Part shown: positions 54,036 to 64,000 of the stretch, piece after piece
Layout: each line of letters opens with the position of its first letter
How positions within the stretch are numbered: position 1 is the stretch's first letter
Program-made: the position numbers and the translations under genes
Source of the DNA: Eledone cirrhosa
Taxonomy: Eukaryota
Direction of reading: 5' to 3'
DNA length: 64,000 nucleotides
NCBI GenBank assembly: GCA_964016885.1
Contig: OZ024744.1
Coordinates: forward strand, 97,712,001-97,776,000
Notes under the pieces: model-generated
The model's database searches: none
What the model was told of the DNA's origin: nothing
What the model saw: the letters and a program-made list of their open reading frames with translations, nothing else

Positions 54036-55370
54036 AACTTTTGGTTATAGATGTAACATAGAGGTCCGACAAAAAAAGATTGATAAAACAATTACTAGAC
54101 TAGAAAAATTAGTGCCAAGTTCGATATAATCAACTAAAGCTTGCTTGCAGACATATATGTGTACGCGCGCGCGTGTGTGTGTGTGTGTGTGCGTGCGTGA
54201 ATGTGTGTGTATATATGTGTGTGTGAATGTGTGTGTGTGTGAGTGTGTGTGCATGCGTGTATATGTGTGTGTTTGTAAATATTTCTTAATGCTAGACTGT
54301 TTGTGTCCGTTTTACACAAAATAACGAATATCCCCAAAACATATTATTATCGAACGTGGTGGAATGGCTGAAACGGTAGAGCGCCGGAAACCATGCTTTG
54401 CGGCATAGAGTTCAGCTTTTTACGTTCTATGTTCAAATCCCACCGAGGTTAACTTTGCCTTTCATTCTTACAGGGTCGATAAAATAAAGTACCAGTAACG
54501 CACTGGAATCAATTTAATCGACTTTCCCTTCTCCCAAATTGTTGGCCTTGTGTTTAAATCAGAAACCAATATTAATGTTGTTCTTGTTGTGGTTGTATTT
54601 TTTTTTTCTTGTTGTTCTTGTTATTGTTAACCAGGCGTTAGAATGTCGGATAGAATGTTTTGCAATATTTGTTGATCCGCCGAGGTCATTATTTTCGAAC
54701 ATTTTAGAATAAAGAAACCATTAATATACAACTTCGTATACTTATTGTTTCTATACCAATTTTTTTGGTTCTATCTTAAATTAATCTTGTCTTAATTGTT
54801 ATACATTTCTATTCATTACGTTTTCGATTTAGCTCCCCTTTCCTGTATTGTTACTCAATTTTGCCGTTAGGGATATTTCTCATCCGTTTAAAAAAACGAA
54901 CACTCTTTTTGTTCGTTAAATAATATCCCATTGAAATTGGTCCTATAAATATTACATGCATGCTTCCGTACCTCTTGGGGGTGTCGTAGAGATGCTGTAT
55001 TAACATATGTTTCTAGGGCATTTTTAAAACCTGGTGGAGCCCATCTCCTCTCCAGGTCTGAATACAGCAGATTTCTTCCAAAGAAGGATAGAGAGTGAGA
55101 GAAGGGAAGTGAGAAAGAGATATAGAGAAAGAATCGACTACAGTACTTGACTGGTATATTTTTTATTGATGTCGAATGGATGAAAGGTAAAGTTGACCTC
55201 AGTGGGATTTGAACTCAGAGAGTAGAGAGCCGAAACGAGTACTACAAAGCATTCTGTCCGACGTTCTAGCGACTCTGCCAATTCGCCACCTGCTCCGTAA
55301 ATATTACAGGAATACAATTCTTTGAAAAAAAAATGTACACATTCATTTTCGTTTCTTGTTTAAAAAAATA

Positions 55371-55550
55371 CCGTATATGCCAGCGTACAAGTCGATCCGG
55401 CGCATAAGCCGACTCCTAAACTTCTGAGGTGTAGTTCAGGTGAGGCAGCATGCACACTTCCATATTTTATATTCGGCGGACAAGTCCACCCTTGGTTATG
55501 GAGAAATATTTTTAGGCCCCAAATCTCAACTTGTACGCCGACATATACGG
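55371..55550. mobile_element. Tc1/mariner-superfamily MITE
   Basis: TA|CCGTATATGCCAGCGTACAAGT / ACTTGTACGCCGACATATACGG|TA. Confidence 0.85.
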
Positions 55551-56544
55551 TAATTCTTTTTTAATGGATTGGCAGAATCGTTAGAGGGGTCAGACAAAAT
55601 ACCTCCTGGTAATATTTCTAGTTCTTAACGTCCTTAATTCAATCCCCATCGTGGTCAATTTATCCTTCAATGGTTGATAAAATAAAGTACCAGTCAATTA
55701 TTACTGTTGCTTTAATCGATCTCGAATGGATGAAAGGCAAAGTTGACCTCGCTGGGATTTGAACTCAGAGAGTAGAGAGCCGAAACGAGTACTACAAAGC
55801 ATTCTGTCAGACGCTCTAACGACTCTGCCAATTCGCCACCTTCCCCGTAAATATTACAGGAATACAATTCTGTACTTGAATTAGAAACAATTATTTCTTA
55901 AGCGTGGTGGATTTACAGTATCGGTAGAGCGTCAGACACCGTGCTTTGCAGCATAGAGTTACGCACCTTTAAGGTCCGAGTTCCAATCCCGCCGACGTTA
56001 ATTTCGCCTTTCATCCTTACGGGGGTCGATAGAATAAAGTACCAGTAATGCACTGGGGTAATTTCTGGTCTTGTGCCAAAAGTAGAAACATTTATTGTGC
56101 TGCTGGTGGATTGGCAGTATTGTTAGAACGTCAGACACCATGCTTTGAAGCATAGAGTTACGCACCATTACGGTCTGAGATTAAATCCCGCCGAGGTTAA
56201 CTTTGTCTTTCATCCTTACGGGGTTGATAAACTAGAGTACCAGTCATGCAGTGGGGTCGATTTAATCGACTTTGCCCTCCCCCAAAATTGATGGCCTTGT
56301 GCCTATAGTAGAAATCATTATTATAACGGTGAATTGGCAGTATCGGTAGAGGGTTGGACGCCATTCTTTCTAGCATAGTTACGTCCCTTTACAGTCTGAG
56401 TTCAAATCCCACCGAGGTTAACTTTGTCTTTCATCCTTACGGGGGTCGATAAAATAAAGTACCAGTAATGTACTGGGTAATTGCTAGCCTTGTGCCTAAA
56501 GTATAAACAATTATTATTAGTTTCACGCTTGAGAGTGGGGGGTG

Positions 56545-56586
56545 GGGGACGACGTTTCGGACATAAGCCCTTCATCAGGAGAGAAG
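56545..56586 (-). ncRNA. Ultra-minimal hammerhead motif (homolog of 31271-31310)
   Basis: Reverse complement: CTGATGA-AGGGC(TTAT)GTCC-GAAA-CG-TC-GTCCCC. Confidence 0.55.
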
Positions 56587-56958
56587 TGGGTATGAAGAGA
56601 ATTCCGAGGGTGTGTGGGGGAGTGGTGAAAAGACCTTGTGTCTAAAGTAGAAACAATTATTATAAGCATTATTCCTTACGGGGTCGATCAAATAAAGTAC
56701 CAGTAATGCACTGGATAATTGCTGGTCTTGTGCCAAAAGTAGAAACAATTATTTCTTAATACCTATGTCAATAGTGGGAACCACTTTCTATTCAGCTTTT
56801 TATTTTTATTTATTTATTATATTTTCTCTTTATTTTCCATTTTTTTTTTTTTTCAGAAAAACCCATATTTCTTTGCCGCTATCAATTTCTGCAAATAACT
56901 ACAAATATTTATTTATTTACTTATTTATGTGTCAGTCATACATATTAGCATTACCGAA

Positions 56959-57042
<84 letters not shown>

Positions 57043-57046
<4 letters not shown>

Positions 57047-57460
57047 GAGTTAAACAAGATTGAATGAGTACATCAAAGAATGAGTTTTACAGCAGATTGG
57101 AAGCACTCTACAAAAAAATATTTTCCAGAGTTATTAATATAATATTAAATTCAAATATTAATAAAATAGATGTTCTTGTGATCAATTAAATTTTATTATA
57201 CATATTTCAGAAGTACGTGAATCAGGTTCAACAGTACGTCCTCATCAGATAAAATAAAATAAAACGATACATGACATACCCTGAGATGTTAGATGGTTAA
57301 GATTGATTAAACCTTAACCATCTAATGTCTCAGGGTATGTCATGTATCATTTTATTTTATCTGATGAGGACGTACTGTTGAACCTGATTCACGTACCTCT
57401 GAAATATGTATAATAAAATTTAATTGATCACAAGAACATCTATTTTATTAATATTTGAAT

Positions 57461-57472
<12 letters not shown>
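57043..57472. mobile_element. Palindromic Penelope-like element: about 165-bp arms, tail on the left arm, hammerheads at 57190-57255(-) and 57354-57419(+)
   Basis: ATTTTAT-CTGATGA-GGACGTAC..GTAC(C/T)TCT-GAAA-TATGTA-TA-ATAAAAT; (TA)n on both sides. Confidence 0.85.
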
Positions 57473-57502
<30 letters not shown>

Positions 57503-57508
<6 letters not shown>

Positions 57509-58205
57509 ACTAGAGATTGATTAACATATAAATATACATGAATAATCACAGGAGATAATTTTTGCTCGCGTGTAACCACGCATAGCTAGTATAGGTAATA
57601 TTTACCTTTAAGGGTGATTAACCTTTCCTTGTATATATCCCATTAAAGAAATATATTTCACCAATTAATCAGATGGTAAGTCACGGAAAGTGGATTGTAG
57701 AGCTATTTCTGTTGAAAAGAATTTGACTGCTATTTCTAGTTGTCAAATACCTTTTCACGCCACTGAAACGAAACCGCTATCTTGTGTGGACGCAACACGT
57801 GGTGACGGCTAGTTGAAGATTTGATCTCACTCTGTAAGCACGAATAGCTGGAAATTATTACTTTCCTTGTTGACAATCCAATAATATCCACTTTCCGTGA
57901 CTTACCATCTGATTAATTGGTGAAATATATTTCTTTAATGGGATATATACAAGGAAAGGTTAATCATACTTTAAGGTAAATATTACCTATACTAGCTATG
58001 CGTGGTTACACGCGAACAAAAATTATCTCCTGTGATTATTCATGTATATTTATATGTTAATCAATCTCTAGTTATTATAATATGCTCAGATTTATTTATC
58101 TTTGAGCTTAAATTCCCAGGATATATGGCGCATGCATTTGACATGACACCCATGATTTCGATTTAGATTAAATTCATTTAATTCATTTTATCTTAATTTT
58201 GGACT
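57503..58205. mobile_element. Inverted repeat element: about 190-bp arms (57503-57694 / 57886-58079), about 190-bp spacer, right-arm tail
   Basis: ATAACTAGAGATTG..GAAAGTGGAT mirrored; bounded by (TA)n. Confidence 0.85.
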
Positions 58206-58281
58206 TAGATATATATATATATATATATATAAATATAAATGAAAGGTATAGAAATTGTTTTAGCAAGAAGCTAACAGTATT

Positions 58282-58429
<148 letters not shown>

Positions 58430-58599
58430 TTATATATATATATATGTTTATATATAACAAAGGAATTGTGGTAAGGAACCAAATGGACCATAACGCACCA
58501 GAGTACTCAATACTTTGGGTAGTAGAGTGGGAAATAGGAAAAAGTATGACCCCGACGGCAGAGCTCAAGCCGTTTCGACGGCTATTTCTGGACTAAATT

Positions 58600-58842
<243 letters not shown>

Positions 58843-59243
58843 CTCGCACTTCCACTCACTCACTCTCTGTTTCTCCCCTTCTCACTTCCTCCCGTTCGCT
58901 ACTAGTGGGGTTCCTTCTTTCTCACACCGCACTCACGGCGTACGGTCTGCTTCTCTGACCGCTCATGAAATTCACCCAGCTTATGCTGATCGGATAACTA
59001 TCACGTGGCTTGCTGTTTTCCAACCTTCGGTTTGCTTTTCCTTCTGTTGTTTACTTGTCTCACTCGCTTTACGCGTTTCACTTGTCCCAATAGCTTATTT
59101 TAGTTATTGCTCGCACCAACCTGAGGTATCTGATTTTTAATGCGATGAAATACCAATGATGGTTGGCAAAATTACTGATGAGGGACTAATTTTATAATAT
59201 GTAATCCCTGTGCAACCATGCAGTATTCTTCTCCCCTTGTTTT

Positions 59244-59322
<79 letters not shown>

Positions 59323-59346
59323 ATATATGTGTGTGTGTGTATGTGT

Positions 59347-59381
<35 letters not shown>

Positions 59382-59790
59382 TATATATATCTAAAGTCTG
59401 TCCTAAGCCAGAAGGCTCATTTGGCCGGTGCTTATCCCGGTTTCATGGCGTGAAGCGACTGAGAGTACGAGACTCCCCCCTGGACAGGACACCAGTCCAT
59501 CGCAGGGTTAAACCTCCAGCTATTGCTGGTACTCATTTTCAGCTGAGTATACTGGAGAAACATAAAAGGAAGTGTCTTGCTCAAGAACACAACACATCAC
59601 CCAGTCCGAGAATTGAACTCACAACCCTTCGATTGCACTAAACCAGTTTATACATATATATATATATAAACACACATATATATATATAAACATATATATA
59701 TATATATGTTTATATATATATGTGTGTTTATATATATATATATATATATATATGTTTACATATATGTGTTTATATGTACATATATATATT

Positions 59791-59833
<43 letters not shown>

Positions 59834-61199
59834 ATATATATATGTGTGTGGTGGTGGAGGGGGGGGGGGGCGTTTGATTGTATGTGTATGCGTGTGGAGG
59901 CGGGTGTATGTGTGTGTATATGTGTGTGCATGTGTGTACGTGTGGGGGGGGCATGTGTTTGTGTGTGCGTGTAGGGGGCGTGTGTACGTGTGTGCATGTG
60001 TGTGCGTGTGAGGTGTGCGCGTGGGGGTGTGGTGGCGTCGTCGGCGCAGGGAGGGGGGGGGGTCGTGTGGGTGTGTGTATTGGGCAGCGTGTGTGCGTGT
60101 GTGTGTGTGTGCAGGGGGGGAGTCGTGTATGTGCGTATGTGCGTGCGTCTGGATGGGTATGAGTGGCGTTTGAGATGCGTGTTAGGGGGAGGGGGGGTAT
60201 GAGTGCGTATGAGAGGCGTGTGTAAGTGTAGGGTGTCTGTGCGTGTGTTGGGGTGTGTGTGTGTGGGTGTGTGATGTGCGTGTGGGGGTCGTGTATGTGT
60301 GAATATGTCTGTTATATTCACATGTTGGAAGCCAGACAATTTTTATGTCACGTCAATGCTTAAGGTAAAAAAAAAAAAGACAACTGAGAAGGTTATTTTT
60401 GTGACAAAGTACTTTTCAAAGAATTTCTCATCTAACTCTATGTTCTGCTAGAAGGGATAGTTTGTGAACCATGTATATATATGTTCCACTTAAAACCCTT
60501 TACTCTTTGTTGAGTCCTAGGGGCGCTGCAGTAACATACGGCACTTGGACATTCTTTTAAAACCTGGCGGAGCTCATCTCCTCTCTAGGATTGAGCATAG
60601 CTGATTTCTTCCAGTGTAGAGAGGTAGAGAGCGGGGGGAGAGATGGATGGAGGAGAGGAGGAAGGAGATGAGGGATGTGAGAGGAAGGAGAGGGGGTGGG
60701 GTGGGAGGGAGAGAGAGGTGGGGAGAGGGAGGGAGAAGGCGTACAGAGAGGGGTTGGCGAGGGAGAGCGAGGAGAGAGAAAAAGAAGAGAGGTATGTGAG
60801 AGAGAGAGAGAGAGGGAGGAGAGAGAGGGAGAAGCGAGGGGGAGAGAAAGCGTACAGAGAGGGGTTGGTGAGAGAAGGAGGAGGAGGGGGGGGGGGCTGG
60901 AGAGAAAAATAAGAGGGGTATGTGAGAGAGAGGGAGGAGCGAGGGGGAGAGAAAGCGTACAGAGAGGGATGGGTGAGTGAGGAAGGAGAGATGGTGGAGA
61001 GAGGAAGGAGACTGGAAGTGATGTGAGAAAGGGGAGGCGAGAGAAAGAGAAGAGAGAGAGGAGATAGAGGAGAGGGGAGAGGGGGGAGGTGGAGATGGAT
61101 AGAGAGAGGAAGGAGAGATGGAGCGTGGAAAGAGAGAGAGAGAGAGTGGTGGAGTGTAAGTGAAAAAGAGCTATAAAGATTCGATCGCCAGTACTAGAG

Positions 61200-62730
61200 T
61201 GGTAATGTATTACTGGTACTTTATTTTATCGACCCCGTAAGGATGAAAGGCAAAGTTAACCTCGGCGGGATTTGAACTCAGACCATAGAGGGGCGTAACT
61301 CTTTGCTGCAAAGCATGGCGTCCGACCCTCTACCGATACTGCCATCACCTAATAATTGTTTCTACTTTAGACACAAGGCCAGCAATTACCCAGTACATTA
61401 CTGGTACTTTATTTTATCGACCCCGTAAGGATGAAAGGCAAAGTCAACCTCGGCGGGATTTGAACTCAGATCGTAAAGGGACGTAAAGGGACGTAACTAT
61501 GGTGGAAAGCATGGCGTCCGACCCTCTACTGATACTGCCAATCCACCGCCCTATATATATATATAGGAAAAAGTATGACCCCGACGCCATCACCTAATAA
61601 TGGTTTCTTATATAGGCACTAGGCCATCAATTTGGGGGGAGGGGAAAGTTTATTAAATCGATCCCAGTGAGTGACTGGTACTTTGTTTTATTGACCCCGT
61701 AAGGATGAAAGGCAAAGTTAACCTCGGCGGGTTTTGAACTCAGTCCGTAAAGGGACGTAACTGTGCGTCAAAGCATGGCGTCCGACTCTCTACCGATACT
61801 GCCAATCCACCGCCCTTAGACTTAGAAAAATAGTGGGAGTTTGCTGAATATGGAAAATGATTGGTAAGAGGAATGACCCCCCCCCCCCTCCCATTGACCT
61901 AACAGAATGGACCAGCTATCGAAGTTGACAATTATATGGTTAAAGAAGTCATTGAGGATATGTAGAAAAGAAAATCTGCTGAGTCATCTGGGATAGTTAC
62001 AAGGAGGTACTGCAAAATATCTTGCGAAATAAGACTCAAGTTAGTCACCTGCATATCCGCTATTCATATTGTGGCCCCACACACAATGGATAACGTAGCT
62101 GTATTGTAATTAACTACTGTGTGAATTGGCAATATCGGTAGAGAGTTGGACGCCATGCTTTCCAGCATAGAGTTACGTCCCTTTACGGTCTGAGTTCAAA
62201 TCCCGCCGAGGTTAACTTTGCTTTTCATCCTTACGAGGTCGATAAAATAAAGTACCAGTAATGTACTGGAATGAGTGGTGGCCTTGTGCCAAAAGTAGAA
62301 ATAATTATAATTAACTACTGTGTGAATTGGCAGTATCGGTAGAGTGTTGGACGCCATGCTTTCCAGCATAGAGTAACGTCCCTTTACGGTCTGAGTTCAA
62401 ATCCCGCTAGTAATGTACTGAGGTAGACACAATTATAATCAACTACGGTATTTCTCGGTGTTGAAGACGCTACTTTTCCCCTAAAATAAGTCTCAAAAAT
62501 CTACCATACGTCCTGGAGGCTGAAGGATGTTTCAAATCCCGCCGAGGTTAACTTTGCCTTTCATCCTTACGGGGTCGATAAAATAAAGTACCAGTAATAC
62601 ACTGATTTAATTGCTGGCCTTGTGCCAAAAGTAGAAACAATTATTACTCTTTTACGAAAGGGCGGTGAATTGCCAGTATCGGTAGAGGCTCGGACGCCAT
62701 GCTTTCTAGCATAGTTACGTCCCTTGTACC
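61200..62730. mobile_element. SINE cluster: three minus-strand and 3-4 plus-strand Meta-type copies
   Basis: Consensus match. Confidence 0.85.
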
Positions 62731-62904
62731 AAAAGTAGAAACAATTACTACTCTTTTACCTGTTCCAGCCATCCGGCTGAGGCTATGCAGGGGCATTATT
62801 ATTATTATTATTATTATTTTTTTTTTTTTCTCGAATTTTTGGTTGTCATAATTAGGGTGCGGCCTCGAGGACGAAGCGTCTTCGGCGCCGGGAAATACGG
62901 TACT

Positions 62905-63290
62905 TCAAATGCAAAGATGCTCTACAAAGGAACAACTATAGAGATATAAAACTGATGGATCAAGTTATGAAAGTAGTAGAAAGGGATTTACACGATTGCA
63001 TGATTGATTAGGAATGGAATTAGATAAGAAAAAATGCAGTTTGATTTGTCACAGAATGGAAAAAAAAAAAAATGATGGCTTCTTTCTGGTCAGACAACTG
63101 CAAGAGGTTTCTAGCTAACATTCATTGATCTGCAGAAGGTCATTGACAGAATGTCATACACTGAAACCTGGTGAGTCTTAAGAAAACTTGACACAGATGA
63201 ATGGTTTGTGAGAGTAGTACAAACCATGTTTAGTGGTAGATGTCCCAGTAAAATGAGAATTGGCAATGAGTTCAATGAAAAATTTAAGTC
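62905..63290 (+). pseudogene. Degraded RTE-clade RT fragment (probably continuing from about 61880-62060)
   Basis: DALQRNNYRDIKLMDQVMKVVER, FFLVRQLQE, FIDLQKVIDR. Confidence 0.75.
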
Positions 63291-63668
63291 GGCCTATAAC
63301 TTTTTAGCCGACCCTCGTATGTGTGTGAACGTGTGTGTGCATGTGTGTATATATGTATATGTGTATATGTGTATATGTGTATGTGTGTGTGTGTGGGGGG
63401 GGGGTGTATGTGTGTATGCGTGAGTGTGTATGTGTGTGTGGTGTTGTGTTGTCTTTTTTTTTTTTTTAATGCTATTCAACATTTGAATAGGTCATTTAAT
63501 AAAGCTTGTCGACATTGTTAACTGGGAGTCATGAGGTTGTCTGTTCGGTAAATTAGCAATACCGTATCTTATGACTAATTGTTACAAACTATATTTATAA
63601 TCATGGCATTAAAAGTGTTAATGACGCTGTTTAATTGCAGCCGACTTCGTAGGGCTGGCTTCATCGTG

Positions 63669-63740
<72 letters not shown>

Positions 63741-63764
63741 TTTTAATATGTACACACAGACACG

Positions 63765-63849
<85 letters not shown>

Positions 63850-63867
63850 CTGTGTGTGTGTACATAT

Positions 63868-63940
<73 letters not shown>

Positions 63941-64000
63941 GCGCCAAATGTAGGTTTGTGTCGGCTGATTGAAAACACATATTTGTTTTGAAAGACTTAT

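Larger units (their letters stand above)
54355..56750. mobile_element. Dense SINE cluster (about 54355+, 55130-, 55565+, 55720-, 55902+, 56105+, 56326+, 56670+)
   Basis: Meta-type consensus in both orientations. Confidence 0.85.

Noticed and set aside
59170-59215. CTGATGA-GGGA..TCCC half motif (similar cases at 13396 and 45563)
   Set aside because: No following GAAA/stem III, or no stem II

Overview
Repeat-dominated, AT-rich eukaryotic (metazoan) genomic DNA, most likely a cephalopod/octopus; this is inferred from the SINE repertoire, microsatellite load and a divergent 18S fragment and cannot be proven here. Almost all ORFs in the supplied track are translations of microsatellites. Supportable host coding sequence is sparse: a first exon encoding a signal peptide and the start of a NIDO domain (nidogen/SNED1/tectorin-like, minus strand, 46385-46618) and three putative 3' exons of an unidentified plus-strand gene (658-785, 1847-1937, 9092-9182). 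The rest is about 30 tRNA-derived Meta-type SINE copies, CORE-like SINEs, Tx1/L1, RTE, CRE and CR1/L2 LINE remnants, mariner/pogo/hAT/piggyBac MITEs, a rearranged 18S rRNA pseudogene and several minisatellites. The most striking signal is a set of short, unrelated elements sitting mostly in (TA)n tracts. They carry minimal type I hammerhead ribozyme motifs (about 14 motif copies from several families, two families with a U3-A8 compensatory core) and repeatedly form long asymmetric palindromes. This fits Penelope-like or retrozyme-like non-autonomous retroelements. Coordinates were read by eye and repeat boundaries may be off by a few bases.
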